A stretch of DNA of 64,000 nt, from assembly GCA_013265495.1 (NCBI GenBank), contig MU058337.1:1046777-1110776 (forward strand). The letters run 5' to 3'. Shown here piece by piece: positions 23,896 to 37,157 of the stretch. Made by a program: the position numbers and the translations under genes. Source of the DNA: Vicugna vicugna (taxonomy: Eukaryota). How positions within the stretch are numbered: position 1 is the stretch's first letter; each line of letters begins with the position of its first letter. A model generated the notes under the pieces. The model was given only the letters and a program-made list of their open reading frames with translations. It was not told the DNA's origin and ran no database searches.

Positions 23896-25248
23896 CTCTG
23901 TACTCATGTAGTCAAAGTGAAGCTCATCGTTAATGGGACAGGTTGAGATTATAGTTTACATGATAGGATGGACTTTTCTAACATTTCTTCCTAAAATGTG
24001 TAACCTTAATTTAACAATGTGGAATGATCCAACAAACCCAAATCAGAGGTTTTTCTAAAAAAACAGGAAACAAACAAGATATGGCAACTTAATGCAATGC
24101 AGGTCATATGTTCAGTAGATAACAGAAATCTACAATTTTGATTTTATTATCTAAAATATTAGGCAAAATTTCATTTTCATTAAAATTCTAATATGTCTAC
24201 ATTTTTATAGTATTTTTATTACTTAGTTATACTTAACTGTGGGCCAATGAGATTGGGGGTCCCTTTGGGGCAGGTAAGTGAAAGCTATCTAAACACTGAG
24301 AGCTATCTAAACATTGAGATACTGACAGAGTAGGTATCAGTAAGCTGCTAATATGGTAGGTAGGTAGGTAAGGTCACTTTAAATGACTAATTCTCTAATA
24401 TAAACGGAGGGAACATTGCCCAATTCATTTTAGGGATCCAGCATCACCCTCCTATTAAAACCATTTAATTTTAAAATCTTATTTTAATAAAGAAACTCCA
24501 AATTTTAATTAAAAAAAAACTCTTTAACTTTAATTAAAAAATCTCCAAAAAATTACATCCTTCATGAACATGGTTGACAAATCGATGGGGCCTGTCAGTC
24601 ACGATGGCTGAACACTTCACTGCAGCTCAGTACAAAGTCCAGCTCCTTTCCTTTCCAAGTCTAATGAGCAGATGCCCCCAAATTCAAGGGATTTTAATCT
24701 CTTTTTATTTGTTTGAATTGATTTTTCATCAGAATTTGAAAATCTATTGGCCCAGTCATTCCAAATGTACAATTTATAAATTTAATTATATTCCCATAGG
24801 ATTTTGTGTGCTGTGCTAGCAAAAAAATGAAATAAAAATCATAAAGGGTTTTCACTATATTAGTGAGCACCACATTCACTCAAAAAGCTCCAAACACGTC
24901 AAAAATAAAGAGCAATCATCCCAAAATATCTTGAAAATAAAACCTTAGGTGAATAATGGCTAAATAGGTCAATGTTGAACAATATTTCCTTATATGGGCA
25001 TCCTAGAAAAAGACCAAATAAACCAAAAAAAATTATATGGAATAATCATTAATATATATGCATATACAAATACTTTTTATGTTTAATGAGTAAAGTATCC
25101 CAATCAAATCAAATATATACAAAAAGCATTTAAATATTTATATTGCTTTTCATTTCCAGTACAATTTCATAAGATTATAAGATGGACTTTCTAGCTGTAA
25201 ACACCAATTTATGTTGTTTCTTTGGCAAATCTATATTTTATATATCAA

Positions 25249-25390
25249 ATAAAAATCTATTTATCTATCTGTAAATTTCCTAGGATATAAGTGCATTTGG
25301 CAAATAGTGGTACTAATTATGGACACTATATATACAATGTGTGTATAAAAATCTATTTATCTATCTGTAAATTTCCTAGGATATAAGTGC
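25249..25390 (+). repeat. Perfect 46-bp direct repeat with a 50-bp spacer
   Basis: ataaaaatctatttatctatctgtaaatttcctaggatataagtgc at 25249-25294 and 25345-25390. Confidence 0.95.
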
Positions 25391-26527
25391 CCAGAGATGG
25401 ATGCAAATTAACCTGAAGTTATTTGATTGAAATACTTTATTGAGGATTGAGATTTGAATGTATTTCAATACTTCACAAAGTAAAATAATACTCACTGGAT
25501 TAATTTTTAATTCTTTTTTGTAAGAAGTGCTATTACTCCTCCCTTTTTTTTATCCCAGAACGTGGTGCTTATAAGTCTTTTGTTTTGTATTGTAGTTATT
25601 TGGATTTATAGCCCTTTTCCCAGGAAATCTAACATAGGTGCTCAATAAGATTTTTTTATTATGGAAAGCAGAAAAAGTATCTTTTCAACCAGTTGACCAA
25701 TGAAGACAGCTGCCCAGAACATGGTGCGGTATAATCCCCCATTAGTGTGCTTAGACCTTACTTCAAAGGGAAGAAAACCAGTCATATTGGGTTAGAGCCC
25801 ATCTGAGGACCTCATCTTAACTTGAATGCATCTGCAAAGACCTGATTATTTGCCTGCAGGGTCAATGCCGATCACTATTATTAAGTGTATCGAGCTCTTG
25901 GTGTTAATTTTCCAATAAAAGAGTCAGGACTCGCACTGCTTTCTCCCTCACCCTCCTGGGGAAAGCATGCATTTTCTGACGAGTTGCTTAGCTCACATCT
26001 ACAGACCTCACTGTAACTTTGCTGAATTCCACAAGGAGCACTTGTCTGTGCAGAGGAGAAACGTCTGCAAACTAGTCCTCGTTGGTGACATGATTTAATA
26101 CTGATCTGACTGGTTAATTATTTGAATATTTGATATCAGTAAGACTGTTCCCAAAGAATACTCATAATTCTCTCAGATGTCTTTATTTTGTCAAACCAAA
26201 GGGTCGTACAACCACCTGACTGGATTTCACACGGCTAGAGATCGTTCTGGAATCCTTCCTTCCAGATCCCGGTTCTGAGCATCTTGTAAACATGAACTAA
26301 CTTTCTGAGAATCATTATTTGACTCCTAATTCTTTTCTCCAAGCTCAAGTGACTTGTAAACATAAAATCAGTTTTTCTTCCTGTATATTCAGATTCCTGT
26401 TTTTTTTTCTTTCTTTTTTTAGGTTTGTATTATAGACCCTCTTTTAGGTCTTTTCACCCTTAAGATAAAGTTTTTGAAATGCATCATTAAGTGTCCCTGG
26501 GTCCCTCTTCATGAATAATGCCTTTAA

Positions 26528-26752
26528 CTGTTTCCCAAGCTTAGCACTGCCCGCCTTCTGGGGTCAGTAATTCTTGGCGGTTGGGGCAGGCGTGTGCATT
26601 GGGGGGGCATTTTAGTAATATCCTTGATCACTACCCACTAAATGCCTGTAGCACCCCTGCCCCCGCCGCTGTGTTGTGACCATGAAAAGCATCTTCAGAT
26701 ATTGCCAAATATCCCCTGAGGGGCAAAATCCTTCCTTTTGGCGAGCCACAGC
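26528..26752 (-). mobile_element. MER20 (hAT-Charlie)
   Basis: ctacccactaaatgcctgtagcacc...ttgtgacc...cagatattgccaaatatcccctgaggggcaaaatc is the MER20 reverse complement. Confidence 0.8.
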
Positions 26753-28359
26753 CCTAGATTGGAGCATGATCCCATTAAAGGAAACTGAATGAGCTCTCTT
26801 ATAGGGAAATGCTACAAACATTGGAAATATGCTAGGGCTTTTTATGCCATTATTTTTGCAGGAAAAAAATTAAAAAATATATGCAGTAAATGTGATGGCA
26901 TTATTTTTGGTGTTGATAGAATAAAATCAATTTTACTGATATTGATGACATGGCATGATTTATTGATAAACATTTTATTTGGAGTTATTTTGAAGGAATT
27001 TTGTTTAGAGACATCTTGTGATTAAAATCTGGACTCTCCTTTCTTTCACACATGATGCTGGAGTTAAGAACACAGTTGAAGAAGCCAGGTTGCTGTGTCC
27101 TAATTAAAACAATTCGCTCAATAGCTGTAAGTGAAATAAACAAGCAATGGGAGAATGATGATGACTTTTTTTTAGGATGGAAGATGCTTTTGAAATGTTT
27201 TTAAAAATTGTTTTGCTTTGGTTTATTTTTGCTTTATTTTTCCTTCAGGTGAGGAAACTAATTTGGAAGGAATAAAAAGAATTGGCCTCGTGACAGCCCA
27301 ATATTTATCGTTCTGTTTTTATACAACATGCATAAAATCTTACTTCAGATCTTGATGAAAAATCTGTTATAAGACTCTGAAGTCCTCAAGTATGTTTGCA
27401 ATGGATTTAGTCTCCATAGTCACTAACAAAACAAGTCAGTACCATTCTGAGTCATGAAGTGACTGCTTTATACATAAATGGTCAATCTTAACCAAAACCT
27501 AAGAGAATCTTACCTAACATTATGGCCCATTTTCAAGGGCCATATCCTGAAATCCATGCTTAGGTCCATCAATGTTTAGCATAAATATCTGGCCACAGTT
27601 GAAGCATATGCTTTCAGAGACACACAAATAGGTTAAGTAATAAAGCATTATTTTAAAAAATGAAATTGTACTTCTAATGAACACAAGTAGACATTACTAC
27701 TAGCAATCTCAAACAACAAACAGGAAACACTATCAAACCTGAAGCATTACCCTAGCAACTTACAACTTAAAAAAGAATTTCAAGGAAACAAAATACAAAA
27801 GGAAAAAAAAAAACCCTGCCAGGCTGTTATGAAGTCATTTGTGAATCTGAAGTCAGGCCAAAACATCACCAACATTCTGAGCCATAGAATGAACAACCTA
27901 CTCGATCTCCCACGTGCGCTGTCCCCACGGCATAGAAAATACTTCACCTAAACCAAAAGATCGTGGATGCTAGAAGCTAAGTTTTGGTTCTTAAAGAAAA
28001 TCAACATTTTTCTGATTTTAAATAATTAGATTCGGGTGACTTTTTAAAAAGATGCTTCTCATTGAATCAATGCACTCTCCCTGGAAAGGAGATACGCTGG
28101 CTTTACTAACGCTCAGTGGTATGATGTACCCTTGGGATGTTCTGAATGAGGACAGTTCTGTGGGTCTTAGCCCACCACTCACAGCTGGAAGTCACGCCGT
28201 TGGCCGGGGGGCGGACTCCTGCTTCAGTGTCCCCTGGGAACAAACACATTGGTGTTTTTGGGGCTCAAACCACTCCGTTTAGGAAAAAGAGGGAAGGGCT
28301 TGGACAGAGGAAGGTGACACAAAGGAGTTTAGTAGCAACAAGAATTGAAAATAAATGCA

Positions 28360-28715
28360 TGTAAATCAGCAAATGGTGGGCCAAAACCTGCCACCTCCTG
28401 TCTTTGTACAGGCAGAGAGCGAAGAATAATTTTCACATTTTTTAATGGTGAAAAATGTTTAGATCTCAAGTTGCATTTTTACCACAATTAAAAAATAATA
28501 ATAAATGGTTGAAAAAAGACCACATATTGTGACATAGGAAAAGTATGTGAAATCCAAATTTCAGTTTCCATAGATGAAATTTAAGAGGAACACGGCCATG
28601 TTGGTTCACACATGGTCTGTGACGGCTTCCCCATACAGCACCTTGGAGGGGCTGACGGCCTTGGATGCCTAAGGTGTCTACTGTCTGCATCCTTATAGAA
28701 GCTTTCCAACCTCTG
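28360..28715. mobile_element. MER58B-like (hAT-Charlie) element with a small L1 insertion
   Basis: gggccaaaacctgccacctcctgtctttgta...gtgaaatccaaatttcagtttccata...ggaacacggccatg...ccaacctctg. Confidence 0.7.
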
Positions 28716-30249
28716 GAATAGATAAAACACAGATATTTAGTGGAAGACCGGGACAATGCCAGACGGACGAGGTAGGAAGGAGACAGATCACAGGAGGCAT
28801 TTAGCAAAGCAGGCTGCCAATAGACAGGTGTTATCATCACTGGGCTAGACATTGAACTGAAAGTTGTACCATTGCAGTGATAAGAAAACACATTTAAATG
28901 CTCCAGCCAAACTACCTGAATATCGACTTTTGGATCATAACCAATTATCTTTCCAAAACTTCAAGAAATCTTATATTTAAAAAATATAGATCTAGGTAAA
29001 AAACAAATTTATGAAAAACAACAAACTTTTTTTTTTTTCAGTGTTCCTGGTTCTACCTAGAGAACAACTGGCTGCCAGTGGCCAGGAGAGAGGGCCTTGT
29101 TAGCAAATTCTGGCGGCGCGGTTTCCACTCCCAACATAGAGTCATTGTACTCAGTGTTATGAGATTATGGAGCCAAATGCGCTACTTTGTTCCAAGTTAC
29201 TCAAATCGGAAGGGACATGTCTTGGAAAGATAATAAAGCAAATTAGTTAAGAAGGTAATTTCTCAAAGTAGGGAACACCAGGAGCACTGCTGAGTTTTAT
29301 GAGTTGAGCGGTTTTCCGCACGAATGCTGCTTTGAAACAACGATGGGTTGACGTTAACGATCCACGCTAACCCGGGAGAAAGTCAGCCCAGATGTTGCAA
29401 AAGCGCGAGTCATCTCAAGCCGTTTTTGTTTGGCTTTGGTACATACTCTGTGTGTTCTTGGCACCTGATTCACTGTAACAGTTACACTCGCTTAATATTA
29501 AAAATTATGTTTCCTGGGCACCAACAAATGATGCAGGAAGAAGGCACTTAGAAGCAGCTTGAGACCAGCTGTCCTTGAATTTTAAACGTGCTGTCGTATG
29601 ATACCAGAGTGGATGGTCCCTGGAAATGTATATTTTAGAAGTGGGATGCTGATGACGGCCGATATTTACCGCATGGAGAGGGGGCCGGCGTGGTCACAGA
29701 GGGAAGCCTCTGGATTCCGTTGGGGAGCTGCTTTCGCTGAGCAATGCCGGGTTTCCTGGGCCCGAGTTTCCCGCGACACCTCCTCATCCCAGCTCTTGGC
29801 TCATGGCCTGAGGCTCGTGCCTCCTTGGGGCCTTTCCACACTGAGAGCTGAAGCAGGAACTTTCCTGAGGATAAGGAGGAGAAACTGGGAAGGGCAAAAA
29901 GAGAAAGATAAGGAAACCTTGTCTGTTGAGTTGGCTGTGACGCAGTGACCTCTAGTCGCAGCCTTTTCTGAAGGGACAGGTAACATAAAATGGAAACTTG
30001 ACGGTCTATGTGTCAGTTGGGTAAACCTGACCACATCCCCCAAGTGCGTGATCAGTGGCCTGTGAGCAGATGAAACCAAAGGCCCTTCCGCAGAGGAAGA
30101 AATACTCCTGAGGTGACCACCCACACCCCCTGTCTCCTGTTTTACAGGTGCAGGAACCCTCTCCCTTGACTCTGTGTGTGTGGAGGCTGAGGGGTAGGCT
30201 TCCGTCCCTTGCTTCAGACCACAGGGTCAGGAAAAGGTGATAAATGTGT

Positions 30250-30669
30250 GTGATAACTTGATTATGTCAGGCAAGAGCGACTGATCCTTGAGTCCCTCAC
30301 GCCTGTGCTGGCCTTGAAGAACCGAGCTGCGCACTGAGGGTGGTCCGGGGGAGCCCAGGTGGTGAGGAGTGGAAGGTGGTCTCTAGATGTTGATGGTGGC
30401 CTTTGGCCAGCAATCAGCGGGAAACCGAAGGCCTCAGTCTTACAACCCAAGGGACTTGGTTCTGCAAACATAAGTAGGCCTTTCTCCAGTTGAATGTTGG
30501 CAGTGAATCCCCAACCAGTGCTTAATTGATGTTTTTGAGAACCTCACAGTGGACCTAGTTTACCATGCCCGGACTCATGACCCACAGAAACTATGAGAAA
30601 ATTAATGTGGATTTTTTAAAGCAGTTCAGTTTGTGGTAAGTTCTTATACAGCAGCAGAAAAATAATACA
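30250..30669 (+). mobile_element. MLT1 LTR (F/G/H-like; 5' boundary uncertain)
   Basis: ggccttgaagaa...ggcctcagtcttacaac...tgacccacagaaactatgaga...agtttgtggtaagttcttatacagcagcagaaaataataca. Confidence 0.75.
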
Positions 30670-30949
30670 GGAAGACATCCTGAGAATTTAATCCAAGTAC
30701 ATCTAAGGGGGCTAGATAAAACAGCAAGACTCAGAGACCCCATTTTCTAAGTATCTGCTGAGGAACGTCCCCTCAGTGAGACTGGGGAGAAGACTTTCGA
30801 TTACATTGCACTTTAGCAGATGAAAGCTTGAGAACTCTTGCAGGAAAGAAACCTGCTTAACAGTTAAAGTTGGAAGGTCCCAAATGTATTCGCGCAGAAC
30901 AGTTCTGTGCATGTTCTTACGCCAAGAGACATTTTCACCTGTGCTTTCT

Positions 30950-32560
30950 CAGGATGACGTGTTGATTAAAAGGAAGTTATCAGGACGCGAAGTACGTGCT
31001 GCATCTGAATACACAGTGTGTGTTCATGTATGCTGACCACAAGAACCGTGGGCTGGAATTTCTATTTCTGACTGCAGTGGAGATCTCAGAGAACAAAAAA
31101 GGTAAGACAGGGCTTTAAAGTCCCAACTCAATTTATAATCTGAGAAACACAAGCCAGGGAATCAGCGGCTTTAAAATGGCGGAGTTGCCAAATTTCCCAA
31201 GTAACGTGAGGAAAAGGGTTAATGAGGAGTAGGACCCTGAGACTTTGGACTAGGATGAAGATGAGTCTTGAACGCCAGGTGCGGTCGAGTCTCCTCTCGT
31301 GGTCAGACGTGCCCCGACTTCCCCTGTCCAGAGACCGGCCTCTCCTCGCTTCAAGCTCGTGTGAAATCTCAGCAGAGGCAGCCTGTCAGTGATGGGTTAA
31401 CGGTAAAGCTCCTTCCTCCAGACTCGTAAATACAGTCATCTTCCAACACAACTCTGTGTGGGGTATTGCAAAGTTTCATCTGGAAGAGACAACTTGTACA
31501 CACAAATCTCTGCTGAATCCCACCGATTCATACTGCCAGGAAAGTAGCAAACATGCATGGGAACGGATTCTAAGATTGCTAGGCCAACAAGACCCATATG
31601 ATGTTGGATCAGAGTAAACTTACTGTTTGGGGTACACTTTCTCGGGATTTTAAATTTAATGTGTGCGTTCAAGCAGCTGGAAGTCAGCGAAACATTTGCT
31701 TGGATGTGGCCTGAGCGAGACTCTGAATTTAACGTGGCTGAGACTCCAGAACCGGCACGATGTGGTGAAGGAAACCTGAAAGCTCAGGGAGAGATCATTG
31801 CATGCGGACACTTGACCTTCTCCTTGCCTGTGTTTGCTGCCAGGGCCCTGAAGACACGGGGTCTGCTAAGATATCAGAAGGGCACTGGCGAGAGGGACAG
31901 CACCCTTGGGAGGCTCTTTGGTGACTGACCTGCAGCTGTTCTGCAGCTCAGGTGAGCGGCGGGAGGTGCATCCTGGGAAACGGGCACCTCGACTGTAGGG
32001 GACGCGCTGAACGCCGACGGGTGGAGGCCGGGGGAAGCGCTCAAGTGCTAGAGCCCAGCAGGTGAACTCATGGAAACCGGGAGCGGGAGGGCAACCTCAG
32101 CCCTGGGTCCTGTCACGAAGGCGTGGGAGGAGGTGGCTAGCGGGCCGGGTTGTACCTCGGCGTGAAGTAGACGGGTGGTTTGCCAAAGCGTGGACTGATT
32201 TATTTAACTGCAGACTCTCTTGAGGCCCGATCTGAATCCCTGCAGTGAGAATGTAAGTCATCACAGTAGATGGACAGAATTAAGTCTGCTCACGGACCCA
32301 GATCTTGGTTGAAAGTAAGGTTGAAAGTTGTCCTTGAGGAAGTTTCCTTTGATGGAGGCACAATGCATATTACACATGGTGAATCTTTCTCCTTTTGTTG
32401 TTTTTGTTAGAATGGCTGCAGACTAGAAGGAGGAAAATACCCAGACTTGGGAGATTGTTAGATGCTGGTTCTGAGCCGCCCCGCATGTGGCACCTTGTCA
32501 CAGCTGCCCAGGGGCTGATGCAGGCTGGAACCGTCTGCACTGTGGGTCCCGGTGCCTGGT
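30950..32560 (+). mobile_element. ERVL/MLT1-type internal region remnant (gag to protease)
   Basis: gttggatcagagtaaacttt...tttaatgtgtgcgttcaagcagctggaagt...ccagaac...agctcagggagagat resembles ERVL gag; ttgttagatgctggttctgag (32455-32475) encodes LLDAGSE, a decayed LLDTG protease motif. Confidence 0.55.
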
Positions 32561-35374
32561 GAGCCTCTGGGTCCGTCCGAGCCTGCTTTCACCTCCTCCA
32601 CGAGGTCTGTGATCTTCCTGCTGCTTCTGGTTCACTCATTCCCTGCTGAACTCAGAACGTGGGCAAGTTTTAGGACGACCTCAATTAATTTTGCCCACAC
32701 TTTCCATTTTTGTTCACCTCTAGGTGACCTATGATCAAAAAGAAATCTATATCTAAATATGGCAAGGATAATCTCTTCTGATAAGTTTAAATAGAGACTC
32801 TAATTGAAGGAAAGACTGAGTTACATTTAATTAGCTACCTTTCTTTTTCTTGATGGAACCTGTGATATCAGTGTGTCTTGTAATCAGTGCATCTGAGATG
32901 TAATGAAACACGTAGCACGTAGTCACGGAGGTCTCCCCTGATTGCTCAGGAACTCTGTTACTCTCCCTCAGCGAGAACTCTCTTCTTTCCTCCTCCAGGT
33001 GCCCAGCCCAGCTGCAAATGTGTCTGTCTCTGTATCTGCTGTCTGACTATGTCCATGGCTGGGATTGTTGAAGGTAAGGCCACAGCTGAGTGACGCACCC
33101 CAGTGTGCGTTCTGCCAAGGGGGTGACTGGCCCACAGCAGACTTTTACGACGTGTTTCTGGGTTCACTGACTCAGCGGGTGAAAACCTCTTTGGAGAGCT
33201 CACTCTGAGAGGAATAGGGTGTTACTTGCTACAGGCTACAACGAGGTAAAAACCAGTCCACTTTGATTTTCATCCTGGACTTCTGTTAACGAAGCACTAA
33301 AAGAAAAAGCCGTAAACCACTTTAACATGAGAATGCTCTTGGGTTTTACAAAAACAAGACGCATAAAAAGCAGTTGGGTTTTTTCACAGCACAGTTCGGA
33401 TGAGGCGTCTAAGATGTGCCTTGTTGCTCTTCCCGGGTGAACCTTATTAATGAACGACCCAAATATACGGTCAGGAATATCCTTCCACAGACCCTAAAAC
33501 TGTGAAGTTTTCAGAAGACCGGGAAAAACAAACATAAACAAACCCTGGACATTTCTTGCACAAATCCAAAGCAAATATCCCCATCTGGATTTCCCTTTGT
33601 GCGACCATGGATACAAACCGGAGTAGAGCAGTCGCCCTGTAACCCCCCAAGTCCTTAAGCCGAGGATAAACGCAGTTTTCCCTTCTGGGCACAAAAATAA
33701 AAAGTAAACTCTGTTTGGAGCAGGTGTCAGTGCTTAAGTGGATCATAAATCATAATTAAATATAAAAGTGCCTTATCTCGCTTTTTGATCTCCAGTTTTC
33801 ATTCTAAAGACAAGACGACATGGTGGAGATCCCGCCACCAGTCATGTTTCATTGGAAACTGTGCTGTTGTCCCTTCTATGCTGGCCAAGATCAGTGTTAT
33901 TTCGAGAGATTTAATCCTTTGTTTACATATATTTAGGCACTGTCTCTCTGGTATTGTGAGATGAAACACACAACTGAATCACAAAAGCATGCAAATTAAA
34001 TGTCTACAACTTGCGTTTGAAAAATCAATTACCAGCTGCACCAACAGACCTAAGAAGTTGAACAAATAAAATATAATGATTTGCTTCCTCCTGGGGATAA
34101 TGTGAGACTAAATGAGAAAACATGTATTAAGCGCTCTTTGAAAATGTCGTATAAATGCATGATATTAACAGCCATCATTATTTTTCCGACATTTTCTGGC
34201 TCATTAATTTATCTCTGGATTTCAAAAGATTGATATGCCATCTCTAATTTAAAGAAACCACATGAAATAATAATTTTTAAATAGGTTAGGCATAAATTCA
34301 TAAAGGAAAATGTTCATTTCTAGTGTGTAAAAATGAGTTGTAAATTTTGGTTTCCTTATTGAAATCCTTCCTGGAACTGTCACCAGATACACCAGGGGAG
34401 GGCAGCAATGCCTCGTGGTTGAATCCCAGCAGTTTGCTGTTTCTTAGTTGGGACAGGAATAATCATTTCAATTTTTCATTGCAAATCAAAGCATAATTAT
34501 AAGCTAATGTCCTATCCTGCCACTAGCCTCAAAGGTCATCACAATATGCTCTATAAATGAAAAGAAACCGTTAGTTCTAATTACATGTAAAATTACTATT
34601 GTATGCTCTGAAACTGTTTGTTTTTTCTTGGTTTTACTCTTCGTCTTTAAATTGAGTGAGATCTCACAGGAGAGACAAAGAGTAGCAGCTAATATCCTTC
34701 TTGGATTAAATTCTGTGACTGTAATTTAATTCAAACATTTGATTTATTACCCCTATAATTTAAATCACTTTAAATTAAATTACTGTGTTTTGGTTCCTTC
34801 TGAATTTCTCACCAAGGACACTTACATGGAATAAACCTAAACAAAGCAACTTTAGTTTTTTTGGAAACCAGATACTTTTCTTACAGTTTCACATGTACAA
34901 GAAAACTGAGACCAGCGGGTTTGACTCAGGTTCTTACCTGGCTGAGTGGGTGAACATGCTCACGTGTGCATTAGAATCCTGCCTTTCTCAGTCTTGGGAA
35001 CGGAGTGCTGTTAATTTGAACATAAACTGTATCAGGAGAAGAAGTATATGATGTCGAAGGAACATTCTTACCTTTTGGGTGCCAACACCCCCTAATTCCG
35101 GTCAAATTTAGTAGAACCGGGAACAGTGAATGGAAACCACAAGGAGGCAAACTGCAGGTCGCCTCCAACAAGCGCTTTCTGACCATCAGAACCACCAAAT
35201 GAGATACCAGTTTCCATGAGAAATGAATTCCATGTGAGCGTCAAACTGGGACTGCACACTTCGTGACTGAAGACTGAAGTAGCCAGCGAAGTTCAACAAA
35301 GCAGAGACATGATGTTTTTGCTTACTACTCTTATTCCTGTTACACTGCATAGCTATATAAAACCCTTGCAGCTG

Positions 35375-35620
35375 AGACATAACACTTTCCTTATTTATAA
35401 AGTGGAATTAAACATCTTAAGAATGATTTCTAAATTATAGAAGATTATAGCACTGGCACAGAGTAAATGTTCAATAAATGTTAGCTATTCTCATGTTTTG
35501 CAGTAGCCCCAGAATGGCATCCCTGAGCACAGGCATTTCTGTCACCCTTGTTCATTCCTGTGTCTTTGGGGCCTAACACAGTGTCTAGAACATCATACAC
35601 ACATAAGAAATGGTGTTGAT
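35375..35620 (+). mobile_element. MIR and L2 3'-end fragments
   Basis: tagcactggcacagagtaaatgttcaataaatgttagctatt; ttgttcattcctgtgtctttggggcctaacacagtgtctag. Confidence 0.6.
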
Positions 35621-36924
35621 AGCACGGTGGAGAATACCGCTGAGAAGAATCTGGCACAATGATAAAAAGTCCTGGTGGGACACCAACCTGTTCAAAGGGC
35701 AACAGGCCCACCCAGCTATGTGGCCTGAGGGGAGTCACTCAACCCCTTAATTTCTTCAGTCGTGAATGAAGATAAAGATAACGCTGAGTTCCTGGAGTTA
35801 TTGGAAGGATAAGCGAGGAAATTCTGAGAAAGTCACTTTGAAAACCCTTTGGAATACGGCGCTTGTGCCCAATGATTGCGAACAATGATCACCTCTATAG
35901 GGTGAAAGTAACAAACATCTGGGATGAACCATTTCTTCCGACACACTCGGGCCCAGCGTACAATCGCGGACTGTGTGAGCCGCTGCGATGGGAAAGTCCA
36001 GCCTCAAACAGCTGTCCAAGGCAAGCGCGGAAAGCGCTGTAAGGCCCGCCGCCAGGCTCCGCGAGGCGCTTCTGACTGCGGCCTTCTCCGCAGCTCCGGG
36101 CCGTGTCGGCCTGGCCCCTGTGTAGGCTGCCTTACAATAAATGCAACTCACTCACACAGCTGGCTTGCAGTTCAAGTGGTAGCTGGTGTGAACGGCTGTG
36201 AAACCGTGTGGTGTGAATACACCTAGACCAATCTTACTTTAACAGGAAGGCAGGACCCCGTCAGCTTTCAGCGCAAGCCGCCAGCGTGCTGGTCTGAGGC
36301 GCGTCAGGCTGGCGGGCGTGCGAGCTGCCCTCAAGGCGGGGGTGGAACTGCTCGTGGGGGCGGGCACAGAGGAAGCAGAGGGGACCAAGCGAGAACCCCA
36401 CTGTGCACGTGTCTAACGCGAGGAATCGGCAGTTTCAGGGGAAGGGGCAGTTTGAAATTCAGAATAAGACACGGGGAGATTGGGAGCTTTGGGAGAGATC
36501 CCGCGCTGCACGGAAGACACGTGGGAATCCTGTAGCTTCCCCGCCAGGAGATGCTGTCCCTGTGAGCATGTGACCGTTCGTCTGGTCCTGTTTTAGACCA
36601 GACCTTCTCTTTATTACAACACCTACCCGGCTGCACTCTGCTGAGCCTAGAGGAAGCTTCTAGCTGTCTCTGCTCGGTCCACCCCCATGCAGCTGGAGCA
36701 GCCAGTAGCCTCTTGATCTGACTGGCAGTTTACGATATGACCAATTTTCATGTTCTTAGGAAGCAGCACAAGAGGTCCTTGGCAAGTTTTTTCTTGTTTC
36801 CAGGCACTGTTGATCCTTGGGGAGCTCCTGTCTCACTCAGAGCAAGGGCACAGAAGTACCTAGGAGTGTCCACTCTCTTAGGGGAGGGACGGTCAACCTG
36901 ACATTTTAAAAGACCCTCTGTCTC

Positions 36925-37157
36925 TTCTTTTAATTGAAGTAGAGTCAGTTTACAATGGTGTGTCAATTTCTGGTGTACAGCATCATGTTTAAGTCACACA
37001 CATACGCACATATATTCCTTTTCATATTCTTCCTCATTGTGGGTTACTGTAAGATACTGAATACAGTTCCTCGTGCTCTACAAAAGAAACTTATTGTTTA
37101 TCTATTCCATATGTGGTAGTTAGTATCTGCAAATCTGGAACTCCCAGTTTATCCCTA
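36925..37157 (-). mobile_element. Lineage-specific L1 3' end (5'-truncated)
   Basis: ttgaagtagagtcagtttacaatggtgtgtcaatttctggtgtacagca...ctcccagtttatccct; decayed TSD aaaagacc on both sides; same family as 42219 and 54781. Confidence 0.85.

Noticed and set aside
24271..24279. Perfect splice donor caggtaagt
   Set aside because: No credible upstream acceptor or exon; expected by chance in 64 kb
25249..25390. Repeat-spacer-repeat resembling a CRISPR unit
   Set aside because: Only two repeats, mammalian context and no cas genes; it is a local duplication
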